From Nitrososphaerota archaeon (GTDB taxonomy: Archaea; Thermoproteota; Nitrososphaeria; Nitrososphaerales; Gagatemarchaeaceae): 32,000 bases of DNA. How positions within the stretch are numbered: the stretch's first letter is position 1; every line of letters starts with the position of its first letter. Position numbers and translations under genes: made by a program. Below, piece by piece: positions 1 to 8,326 of the stretch. Location: positions 69,329-101,328 of the forward strand of contig JAFMAD010000004.1 in assembly GCA_029785195.1 (NCBI GenBank), written 5' to 3'. The notes under the pieces were generated by a model that was not told the DNA's origin, made no database searches, and worked only from the letters and a program-made list of their open reading frames with translations.

Positions 1-3000
1 CGAGGGCCTCCTCTCTGTCCTTGTAGAGCTGCGAGAGCATAGGAGCCATCCCTTGCTCCCTATCGGGTCCCAGCCCCTCTCCCACGGCCCAGGACACCAG
101 GGCCCTTGCCCCTGACTCGTCGAGGCCTTCCATGCCATCCCGAAGCAGCAGGGCCAGACGGCCTCTGCCCAATGGGACCACCGAGGGGACCGAGAACGGC
201 CCGTGGTGGTCGCCCAAGGAGTATCGCTGAATCGCCTTGGGGACCTTCCAGACCTCTATCCCATGCATCCAGGAGAGGGCATCTAGGTCGCCCGAATTGA
301 ATGCCACGACCCTGGTGTACACCTCGTTCATTATCGCTTCTATGTCATTGGCCCTCGCTTCGGGTCTTTGCGGGAGGTCGGGATAGGAGACGCCATCCAA
401 GGGCCGCGCCTTCCATCGTGTCGCCAGAGACCTAAGGCTCCCTTGGTGGCGCCCATTCACCGTCGTTATCGCCTGCGGGATTGAAGGGAAGAGCTTGACG
501 AGCGACTGGTTCCCTACGAAAGCCTCCACCGGCATCTTCAGGCTAATCGAGTTCGATTCGCCCACCGGCCACGGCACCGCGTCCATCGCAACGGCCCACC
601 CCTTATCTTCTGCAATCGACAGCAACACCAGGACGGCTTCCGTCTGCTGCGAATCGACTGCCATCCCCTTGACGAGCATGCGCAGGAACCGGCGTGTCGC
701 ATCACCGTCCAGGCGCGAGACCCTGAGGGCTCCAAGCCTCTCCGATGCCGACTGTGCGCCGGTCGTCATCGGGATTACCGCCCAGGCGCCGAGGCTCACG
801 GGTTGGTCGATGACACCTCCGTCGTCCAACAGGACGTCCCCCGGTCTCAGCCAGCTGCCCGCGACGAAGACCACCCTCTTCTCGCCGAAGAGCTCTTTCG
901 CCTCGGGTGGGACCTCCTCCGAGTGGGAGTCTAGCACCTTCCAGATGGCCTCGTAGCTTGCCCTGGACCTCGGCCAGCTCGACCCGTCCGACCTCGCCTT
1001 GTCGGACATCAGGACCAAGGCATCTAGCAGGTCCACCGTCTGCATCCTCGAGGTCGCTCCAAGCGCGTCGAGCAAATCTCTCAACGGAGAGGCTTCGTCG
1101 GGAGATAGCACGAGGAGCCCTATCGAGTCGGGTGGGACCGGGAACGCTTCCGGCTTGGCGACAATCCTGACCTTGGCCCCGTCGTACCATCTTTCACCCC
1201 AGTACATGGCAGGCTTCGCCAGCGCGGACCTCCATCTCTCGCGTTCCTTGAGGGGTAGTTTCCTCAAAGATGCCGACAGGCCAACCAGGAGCGAACCGGG
1301 GGGTTCTCGACCGTTCGCGGCGCACTTGGAGTACACCTCCGTCATCTGTCCTAGGGACGGCGAGATTGCGAGGCCCAGGTACATCGCCTTGGCCCCTCCC
1401 TTGTCGCCTAGCGCTTCGACCTTGGCGCGCACGTCGTCGTCCATCTCATCGAGGTCGACGTATGACGCATTGGTCTGCCCCAGAATCGAGACTTTTTCCG
1501 GCGTGGGAAGCATCGCAAGACCCGGCTGGGCGACGCCGGTGATGCCGACGGGCACCCAATCGACCTCCGCCAGTCCGCCTCGGATGGACTCGAGTTGGTT
1601 GGAGTCGTACTCGACCAGGAGGGTGCCGAAGATGTTCGAGAGCAGGCGTCTGTCCGGAGGACGCTCCCTCGACAGGCCCTTGATTATCTGGACGACCTTG
1701 GCAAGGTCCAGCTGGACCACGGCGCCGAGCGCCTCGAGGGTCGAATTCTTCCATCTCTCCGAATCGAAGTCCGGGCTGAGCTGGTGCAACCCCAAGCTTG
1801 CGAGAATTGGACCTGCACCCCGCGCCATCCTGCCGGCCGGATACCAGTCCCCTTTCGGGTCGTAGAGGCATGGCACCTTGGCCATGTCGTCCGGCTCCAC
1901 TCCCCTCTCCGTCTTCTTCTTGTCGAAGTAGACCTGGATGGCAGCCAGCATGGCCTTCTTCTGGGCCTTGAGGACCTCCTCCTTCTCCACGCCAAGGAAG
2001 TCCCTAAGCATCTTGTGCTCGAAAAGCGATCCTAGCCGGGGCGAGATGAAGCTGCGCACGAAGTTCGTCGGGTCGCCAGGCTTCTCCGCCAAGGCCACTA
2101 TGTCGAGGCGGCTCGCCACCCTACGCTTGTCGGAATCGGAGTAGCCCTTCAAATCGAAGATTCTAATTTTCCGCTGCATCTCCGCTGTCAATCCGGGTAC
2201 GGCGAAGGGCATCACGAAAATCCACTCCCTCCGGTAGTTCTCACCTTCGTGCCCCCGATGATCGCGGACGTCTGGAGGCGGGCCCAACGTCCTGACCCCG
2301 TCCAGCACGAACGGGACGAAGCTCTTGCCTATTGCCTTGTCCAACGCCCACGACTCGTGGGTGACCACCTTGAAGACGAGGCGAGAAATCAACCTGTAAT
2401 CTTCGTCCTTGATGTCCTCGAATCTCTGGGGGTCATCGTGGAACTCGGTGTCTATCCATTGCGGGACCTCGTTGAAGGCCACGTCGTGGCGCCACGAGCC
2501 GTCCCTCTCCAGCTCTGTAATCACTCGTTGGATTTCGGGATGGATTCGACGGGTCGGCGAGAGTATCGAGTCCAACTCCGACAGTTCGGACGGCAGACGT
2601 GGGAATGAACCCATCGTCCGGAAGGTGCCTTCAGCGTCCGGGACCAGGGACAGTCCCCTTAGCGCCTCGCCTCCCTTCGCGGTAAGCGCGTACCTGAGGA
2701 CCGACTCGGTGTTGGGCCTGTCGAGCCGCACAGAGTTCGCGCCTGTCGTCCTTCCGTAGCGCAGCGGGCCCTTCGTCTCGAGCACCTTCCAGGCGTCGAC
2801 GAAGTGTTGTACCCCGAAGCTCACTGCCTCGGCCCTGTCCTTCAGCCAGTGAATCTCGTCGAACTTTGAGGTGAACGCCGCTGGCATAGCCGCCTTTCCG
2901 AGTAGCTCGACCACCCTTCTCTCGACTTCGTTTGAGACGTAGTACGACTGCCGTGGCGGGTGCCACGTCCCATCGCCTGTGACGAGTATGGGTTGGCCGA

Positions 3001-4474
3001 ACAGCCAGTCCCTGAGCTCCTTGCCTTCCTCGACTCCCCATGAGATATCCTCCTTGTCAGGTCGCATCCACTCGCGAATCTCCCCTATGGGGAGGGACTG
3101 GAGCACCAGGGCTTCGGCTTCCGCTGGCATTTGGCCAAGGGACCTGACAGATGCAAGGAAGGCGGGGAACGTGTCCTTGTATAGTCTGGCTATCGAACGC
3201 ATGCATTCTCGGTACCACTCCCCGTTGACCTCGTCGTTCCCTTGGATGTCGACCCCCGTGCGGTTCTCTACAGGGAACAGGTGGGCAGAGAACGCGAACC
3301 TGTTCCGGCCCCTCGAAGGCAGGGGAATGACGCTGTAGAGGTACTGTTTCCTGGCAGGGAAGAGGGGGAATAGGATGTGCACGTGGTTCTTCTTTATCGG
3401 CAAATCGGTGGGCCCCTTCTTCAGGTCTATTCGGATCACGCCTCTGCTGCCCCTCAGCAGGAAGAGCGCCTTCCCTTCATCGTCCTTGACCGACGCCGAG
3501 GCCGCGAAGTACCTCTTCGCATCAGGTGTCTGGTAGTCCCACCCGTTGGAGTCGAAGGAGGGCGGGCAGGTGCCTATCTCCACTGCTTCGTGTGGGTCCC
3601 AGCGGTACCACGTCTTCCCTGAGGCCGCCAATCCCTGCTTGACTTCGACGACCCGCGCCTTCTCGAGAGGCATGTTCAGGCCGAAGTCTCTTTCGGCCTG
3701 GTACGCTTCAGGGCGGTTGTCAGCGTTCCAGACGATTCGAATCGCCTTGAGCCTCTGGCAGCACAAGAGGACGTCGCAGAGGTAGCCCTTCAGGTCGTTG
3801 TAGAACGACCTCACGTCCTCAGGGCCCCATCGAGGGAAGTCCTTGGCCGCGAAGGGCCTTTCCCGCGCACCAATCACCTCCTTCGCGGCCGTCTCGTCTC
3901 GCCAGGGGAGCCTGAAGAGCACACCCTTCGCCTTCTCGTCTTTGCTTCCCGCGTACGGGGAGTGGAGATGTCCCTCCAGGTTGTTCCACTCCATGCTGAG
4001 CGGGTTCAGGGCCCTGGAGACGACGTTCGAGTGCACCTCCGGGTGGTTCGTGATTGCGTACACCGTCTGGAACCCGCTCCCGAAGTGGCCGGTCGATTCC
4101 AAGTCGTATTCCTTGAAGCGCTTGAGGACCCTCGACGACCTGTCGAAGTCGCACCCCTCATATGACCCCTTTGGCCCGATGGTCGTGAAGGCCCTCCCGT
4201 TGTTTGCGATGTAGAGGGCGTCCTTCTCGAACCTGAGTACCAGAATAGTCGCCCCGGCGTCGTCTGCGTTCTGCACCAGTTCCCGGATGACGAACTTGCT
4301 CCTGTCCTCGTCCTCCGTCCGCGTGACAGCTATCCTCGTCTTGATCCAGTCGAGGAAGTTCAGCGAGTAGCCCTTGTCCATGTCGTCCTGGCACATCCAC
4401 CTGCCATCGGGCGCGGTAACTTCGTCAGGGAAGGGTGGCTCTTTCCCGCAAACGACACACACGACCTTTGCCAA
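1..4474 (-). CDS. Giant sacsin-like GHKL (Bergerat-fold) ATPase with an N-terminal Cys-rich zinc-ribbon-like segment. Partial: the C-terminus lies beyond the window start.
   Basis: My own reverse-strand translation from TTG 4474-4472 has no stop down to base 2 (1491 codons). That TTG lies 2 nt after the helicase TAG stop at 4479-4477. The ORF is absent from the supplied track, presumably because it has no stop inside the window. Motifs read: CVVCGKE..(18)..WMCQDD; FVIRELVQNADDAGA (ExxxNxxD N-box); STGHFGSGFQTVYAITNHP (Gly-rich ATP-lid box); YSVIPLPSRGRNRFAFSAHLFPVENRTG...EWYRECMRSIARLY (resembles the sacsin repeat region). The start is uncertain: GTG 4462 or downstream ATGs are alternatives. 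Confidence 0.85.
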   Translation of the reverse strand, partial: MAKVVCVVCGKEPPFPDEVTAPDGRWMCQDDMDKGYSLNFLDWIKTRIAVTRTEDEDRSKFVIRELVQNADDAGATILVLRFEKDALYIANNGRAFTTIGPKGSYEGCDFDRSSRVLKRFKEYDLESTGHFGSGFQTVYAITNHPEVHSNVVSRALNPLSMEWNNLEGHLHSPYAGSKDEKAKGVLFRLPWRDETAAKEVIGARERPFAAKDFPRWGPEDVRSFYNDLKGYLCDVLLCCQRLKAIRIVWNADNRPEAYQAERDFGLNMPLEKARVVEVKQGLAASGKTWYRWDPHEAVEIGTCPPSFDSNGWDYQTPDAKRYFAASASVKDDEGKALFLLRGSRGVIRIDLKKGPTDLPIKKNHVHILFPLFPARKQYLYSVIPLPSRGRNRFAFSAHLFPVENRTGVDIQGNDEVNGEWYRECMRSIARLYKDTFPAFLASVRSLGQMPAEAEALVLQSLPIGEIREWMRPDKEDISWGVEEGKELRDWLFGQPILVTGDGTWHPPRQSYYVSNEVERRVVELLGKAAMPAAFTSKFDEIHWLKDRAEAVSFGVQHFVDAWKVLETKGPLRYGRTTGANSVRLDRPNTESVLRYALTAKGGEALRGLSLVPDAEGTFRTMGSFPRLPSELSELDSILSPTRRIHPEIQRVITELERDGSWRHDVAFNEVPQWIDTEFHDDPQRFEDIKDEDYRLISRLVFKVVTHESWALDKAIGKSFVPFVLDGVRTLGPPPDVRDHRGHEGENYRREWIFVMPFAVPGLTAEMQRKIRIFDLKGYSDSDKRRVASRLDIVALAEKPGDPTNFVRSFISPRLGSLFEHKMLRDFLGVEKEEVLKAQKKAMLAAIQVYFDKKKTERGVEPDDMAKVPCLYDPKGDWYPAGRMARGAGPILASLGLHQLSPDFDSERWKNSTLEALGAVVQLDLAKVVQIIKGLSRERPPDRRLLSNIFGTLLVEYDSNQLESIRGGLAEVDWVPVGITGVAQPGLAMLPTPEKVSILGQTNASYVDLDEMDDDVRAKVEALGDKGGAKAMYLGLAISPSLGQMTEVYSKCAANGREPPGSLLVGLSASLRKLPLKERERWRSALAKPAMYWGERWYDGAKVRIVAKPEAFPVPPDSIGLLVLSPDEASPLRDLLDALGATSRMQTVDLLDALVLMSDKARSDGSSWPRSRASYEAIWKVLDSHSEEVPPEAKELFGEKRVVFVAGSWLRPGDVLLDDGGVIDQPVSLGAWAVIPMTTGAQSASERLGALRVSRLDGDATRRFLRMLVKGMAVDSQQTEAVLVLLSIAEDKGWAVAMDAVPWPVGESNSISLKMPVEAFVGNQSLVKLFPSIPQAITTVNGRHQGSLRSLATRWKARPLDGVSYPDLPQRPEARANDIEAIMNEVYTRVVAFNSGDLDALSWMHGIEVWKVPKAIQRYSLGDHHGPFSVPSVVPLGRGRLALLLRDGMEGLDESGARALVSWAVGEGLGPDREQGMAPMLSQLYKDREEAL

Positions 4475-4476
4475 GT

Positions 4477-7278
4477 CTAGGAGCCTGACCTCTCTGCCGC
4501 GCTCGGGCGGATTGTCGCTATATACTCTAAGGACGCATGCGGTCCCGCCGATTCTTCGGTGTCGTCATGCCCTCCCTTTCTTGTCTTGACCCATCTTTCG
4601 AAGTCGGCCTCCACCTCCGTGCTGACGTGTCGGGGTAGGAGAATCGAAGGCGCGAATCTGAGCGGAGCAGTCTCCAGGGAAGAGACTGTCTCTGCGAGGA
4701 GAGTTCCCGTCAGCTTCTCGGCTCTACCATGGGAGTCGGACCAATACGTGATGTTGGCCTCTGTGCCCAATCGGCCTCTGCAAGAGTACCTACAGATTGT
4801 GACTCCAGAGGTCATCCCGTTCCATTCGAAGCCGAGAGGTTTTCCGCTGTCAGGGGGGTCGTTGAACGAATTCAGCGTCACGACGGAAGCCAGCTTCACG
4901 AGCGGGCTCAACGGCGTCGCGAACAAGCCCTCGCGCGCGGCGTGCTTCGCAAGAGTAATCATCAGTTCCTTGTCCCGGTAGGAAAGGAGCTGTGCCCTGA
5001 CCCGCTCCTCTAGGCCGTGTCCGGTGGCGTCTTTGATGGCTATGACGTCGTCGTCGGCGACGGGCCCGATTACTACGCCCCCTTCGTCTTCGAGGGCGAC
5101 TTTGGCTCTCCCACCAGAGAACACGGAAAGCAGCCGGAGCACTGGCAACCAACTCAACCTTCCGAGGTCGCCCGACCGCTGGGCCCTGAGCGTCCTGGTC
5201 TGCTCGTCGAGTAGGTCCTCCACCCCTGCTAACGGTCCAACTTCGACGAGTTCCTTTTCGGTCGCAGCCCGCCTCTCTTCGACGATTCTGGCTTCTGCTT
5301 CGCCAGTCCCAGTAGCGGCCGACTCGAGTACCGCAGGGGAATCACCGATGGCCCTTGCGAAAATCTCGAGCCTCGTATATAATGTTCCGAGTATGTGTTC
5401 GTCCAAGGAGCCCTCGACGACTAGGTTGTGGATGGAAACCTCCTTCGAAGCCTGTCCTATCCTGTCGATTCTCCCGATGCGCTGCTCCACCCTCTGCGGG
5501 TTGTATGGGAAGTCGTAGTTCGCAAGCGTGTCGGCTGCCTGGATGTCCAACCCTTCGGAAAGGAAGTCGGTCGAAATCAGCACCGCAGGCCCCTCCCAGG
5601 ACTTGAAGGCACTCAGTGTCTCCTCCACCTTGAAGTCGCTGTCGTCGCCAGAAAGCGCGAAGGCCCTCATGCCGTCCAAGTCGCCGAGCCTGCGGGTGAG
5701 GTAGCCCCAAGTGTGCCTCCATTGCGTGAAGACGATTGCCTTGTGGGGCCTCCCATCGGACCGAGGTTCTCTCAGCTGAAGAAGAATCGAGCGCAGCTTC
5801 TCCAGCTTGCTGTCGGTCCTTAGCAGCCCGAACTTGGCGACCAACTCCGAGCATTTCTCCCGGGCCCCGGGCGGGAGGGAGCCTCGGACCACGTGGAAGC
5901 CCTCGGCGTCGTCCCTCTCCTTGACAGAGAGGGGGCTCTCGATTTCATCCCCATGCTGCCAGACGTCGAAGCCCTCCATGCCCCCGTTGAGTAGCTCGAC
6001 CGTCGCGGGCAGGCAGGAGGAGAGCTGCATCCTGTGCACGTGGCTGAAGTGTGATTGCAGCAACGAGTCGACCTCGTGGTACAGGCTCGACTCCGACACT
6101 CTATTCTTCCCTCGATTGCCTGTCCTCGAGCGGGGACGTCTGTTTAGGGCCACCGAGTGGTTGGTCACGACCCGGGTCCGGGACTCCCCTACGTCGCTCC
6201 TGCGAGCCCTCGTCATGATGGCTTCGAATGGGTTCAGAAGGGCCAGTCGTTGGGCGAGGCCGGCCCTCAGGTTATGGGACGATTCGGTACCATAGCTTTC
6301 GAGCAGGGATCCGACTTCGCCGTCGTTGGCACCTTCCGCGAGGGAAATCAGCCTCTCGGTCACGCTAATCCCTAGTGGCCGGCCAGCCAGTACGTCCCGT
6401 ATGGTAGTGTTGACGAGGGCTGCCGAGGATGCGTCCCGGTCGAACTCGGCCTTCTTCACCTCCCTCCCGAAGATGACCTCGAGCACGCGGCGGAGATCGT
6501 CCATCTCGAGATGGACTGGGGTCGCGGAGAGACCCACGGCCGCCTTGGCGATGGCCGATATCTGGAACGCCATCGTCCTCCTCTGAGTGTCCCCGCCCCG
6601 GCCAATCAGGTTGTGGACCTCGTCGATTACCACCAGGTCGATGGACGGCGGCGTGCGTGCCTCGGCTGCGGTGCCTTCCCAATTCGAGTCGTAGGAGACG
6701 ATTGCCCTGAACCCGCCCTTCGTGAACAGCAGTTCCTTGAGCCGTCTGCCGCTCGTTATCTCGAAGTACAGCCCGAACCTGCGCCACAGCTCGTCTCGCC
6801 ACTTCAGTCTCAGGCCGCCAGGGCATAGGACTAGGACCCTGGCCGAAGGCTCCGACGTGAGTTCCTCCACCAGTATGTACGCGGATTCGATGGTCTTGCC
6901 CAGGCCTACTTCGTCTGCGACCAGGATTCTACGCGAAGGCGACCGCAGGTACTTCAGCAGAGGGCGGAACTGGTAGGCGTTGAAATCCACCTTAGCGTCG
7001 AACGCCGCCCACGTCCCGACGGCCTTCGACGACATCCTCGCTACGATTCGCATTAGCCCGTCCCTCGGTGAGGAGATTCCCTCGAGCGCGCAGATTTCGA
7101 GCCCGGACTGCTGCAGGGGTTGTGCCAAGGACGGAGGCAAAGGCTTGACTCTTCTCAGGTGGAAAGTGTCTGCGCGCTCGGCGACGCTATATCCTGTCCC
7201 CGTGACGACGTAGATTGGCCCTTCCTTCCCTTTCGGACACACTAGTCTTCCAATCTTGGAGTCTTCGGGCCCAATCAT
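4477..7278 (-). CDS. SNF2-family (SF2) DNA-dependent ATPase/helicase, 933 aa, with an uncharacterised C-terminal extension of about 280 aa
   Basis: Track ORF. Motif I LVADEVGLGKTIES; motif II DLVVIDEVHNL (DExH); motif III GLSATPV; motifs V/VI LISTDFLSEGLDIQAADTLANYDFPYNPQRVEQRIGRIDRIGQ. I saw no recognisable nuclease or methyltransferase motif in either terminal extension. Confidence 0.93.
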   Translation of the reverse strand: MIGPEDSKIGRLVCPKGKEGPIYVVTGTGYSVAERADTFHLRRVKPLPPSLAQPLQQSGLEICALEGISSPRDGLMRIVARMSSKAVGTWAAFDAKVDFNAYQFRPLLKYLRSPSRRILVADEVGLGKTIESAYILVEELTSEPSARVLVLCPGGLRLKWRDELWRRFGLYFEITSGRRLKELLFTKGGFRAIVSYDSNWEGTAAEARTPPSIDLVVIDEVHNLIGRGGDTQRRTMAFQISAIAKAAVGLSATPVHLEMDDLRRVLEVIFGREVKKAEFDRDASSAALVNTTIRDVLAGRPLGISVTERLISLAEGANDGEVGSLLESYGTESSHNLRAGLAQRLALLNPFEAIMTRARRSDVGESRTRVVTNHSVALNRRPRSRTGNRGKNRVSESSLYHEVDSLLQSHFSHVHRMQLSSCLPATVELLNGGMEGFDVWQHGDEIESPLSVKERDDAEGFHVVRGSLPPGAREKCSELVAKFGLLRTDSKLEKLRSILLQLREPRSDGRPHKAIVFTQWRHTWGYLTRRLGDLDGMRAFALSGDDSDFKVEETLSAFKSWEGPAVLISTDFLSEGLDIQAADTLANYDFPYNPQRVEQRIGRIDRIGQASKEVSIHNLVVEGSLDEHILGTLYTRLEIFARAIGDSPAVLESAATGTGEAEARIVEERRAATEKELVEVGPLAGVEDLLDEQTRTLRAQRSGDLGRLSWLPVLRLLSVFSGGRAKVALEDEGGVVIGPVADDDVIAIKDATGHGLEERVRAQLLSYRDKELMITLAKHAAREGLFATPLSPLVKLASVVTLNSFNDPPDSGKPLGFEWNGMTSGVTICRYSCRGRLGTEANITYWSDSHGRAEKLTGTLLAETVSSLETAPLRFAPSILLPRHVSTEVEADFERWVKTRKGGHDDTEESAGPHASLEYIATIRPSAAERSGS

Positions 7279-7298
7279 CTATCGTGTTGCCGCGCGTC

Positions 7299-7323
7299 GA
7301 ACGGCGCCGTTCTCGATATAAGA
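7299..7323. promoter_or_regulatory. Perfect 14-bp palindrome GAACGGCGCCGTTC (7299-7312) abutting a TATA-like ATATAA (7316-7321), in the divergent intergenic region
   Basis: Read directly. The palindrome equals its own reverse complement. The TATA-like element is about 40 nt upstream of the helicase ATG (7278, minus strand) and about 49 nt upstream of the GTG at 7367 (plus strand). This is consistent with a shared bidirectional archaeal promoter plus operator. Confidence 0.4.
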
Positions 7324-7366
7324 TTGGCAGTGTTCCCGTCGGATTTGTCTGGACAATCCCGAAGGT

Positions 7367-8260
7367 GTGCTGTGTCATGACAGCTCCGTTCGACAAAATC
7401 GCATCAATCTGACGGACGCGTGTTTCACGTTCTTATGTCGCGACCGAAATCCAAAGAGCGTGGCGACATGGCTGGCTGTCGGCCATCCTGACGACTGGCG
7501 GACGGCCAGAGAAAGAGGGATTTGGGGCCTCGCCGAAAGGCACGTCCGACTCTGGCAGGAGACCGCTCCGGGCGACGAAATCGTCTTCTACGCGACATGG
7601 CCCGTGCGAGGGATAATAGGTCACGGGCGGATTGAGTCCAAGTTCAGGTCCGGCGAGACGGTCTGGCCTCGGGAGCTGGCCGAGAACAGGGTGATATGGC
7701 CCTACAGGCTCAGACTCAGAATAGAGTACCTACTTCCGGAGGAGCTGTGGGGGTTCCGGCGCGTTGAATCCGAGCCGGCCAAGAGGAGGGCGCAGGGAGG
7801 GTTCCAACGTCTCGAAGAGAAACTCGCCAGCCGTGTAATCGCCGAGCTGGTTGAGCGAGAAACAAGCCCAGAGTTGACTCCCGTGCTCCAGGGCTTCTTC
7901 CGAAGCGTGCAGAGCGTGCTGGAAGCATCCAGTGGAGCTATCAGATGGCCCGAAGATGAGTTCAGAACTCTCCTTAAAGGCATGACAGAGGTGCTAATGG
8001 ATAATGCGTTCATGATAACCGAGAGAGGCGACCGTTATGGAAGGAGTCATCAAGTGACGCTGCTGGTCATGAAGGAGGTCGAGGTATTCACCTCAGCGGT
8101 CGAAAGGGACTCGAATCAACCGATGAATCCCGAGCTCGTCCGCTCAAGGGCCGGGCAGGCGAAGACCATCAAGGACACGTTAGAGGCGCACCTGAAAATC
8201 CCCTCCTTCCTGAAGGGCGTCTTCGAAATCGTCAATGAACTCCTCAACATGGTCAAATGA
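7367..8260 (+). CDS. EVE/PUA-like (ASCH/EVE superfamily) N-terminal domain protein with an unknown, probably helical C-terminal half of about 160 aa
   Basis: Track ORF. WLAVGHPDDWRTARERGIWGLAERHVRLWQETAPGDEIVFYATWPVRGIIGHGRIESKF...VIWPYRLRLRIEYL follows the pattern of archaeal EVE-domain proteins (W..n.W....g.WG...GD.i.FY....i.G.g.i...yP.R..i). The true start may be the in-frame GTG at 7460 (MATWLAVG...). Confidence 0.65.
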   Translation: MLCHDSSVRQNRINLTDACFTFLCRDRNPKSVATWLAVGHPDDWRTARERGIWGLAERHVRLWQETAPGDEIVFYATWPVRGIIGHGRIESKFRSGETVWPRELAENRVIWPYRLRLRIEYLLPEELWGFRRVESEPAKRRAQGGFQRLEEKLASRVIAELVERETSPELTPVLQGFFRSVQSVLEASSGAIRWPEDEFRTLLKGMTEVLMDNAFMITERGDRYGRSHQVTLLVMKEVEVFTSAVERDSNQPMNPELVRSRAGQAKTIKDTLEAHLKIPSFLKGVFEIVNELLNMVK

Positions 8261-8326
8261 TGGGGACGGTTAGACACTCAGGTCTCTCGAGTCTCCAAGC
8301 CTTAATATTCGAGATTCGAATCACGA

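Noticed and set aside
106-4400. All track ORFs in the first 4.4 kb, for example 999..1865 (+, 288 aa), 702..1190 (-), 1595..2035 (+), 2631..3041 (-), 3843..4214 (+)
   Set aside because: Their translations are S/P/R/G-rich and low-complexity with no motifs. Every one overlaps the uninterrupted 1491-codon reverse frame, which carries clear GHKL/sacsin motifs. They are high-GC shadow ORFs.
4559-7213. Plus-strand and out-of-frame minus-strand ORFs inside the SNF2 gene, for example 5024..5518 (+), 5342..5854 (-), 5807..6295 (+), 6365..6826 (-)
   Set aside because: They lie antisense or off-frame within a 933-aa ORF that has a complete set of helicase motifs, and they have no motifs of their own.
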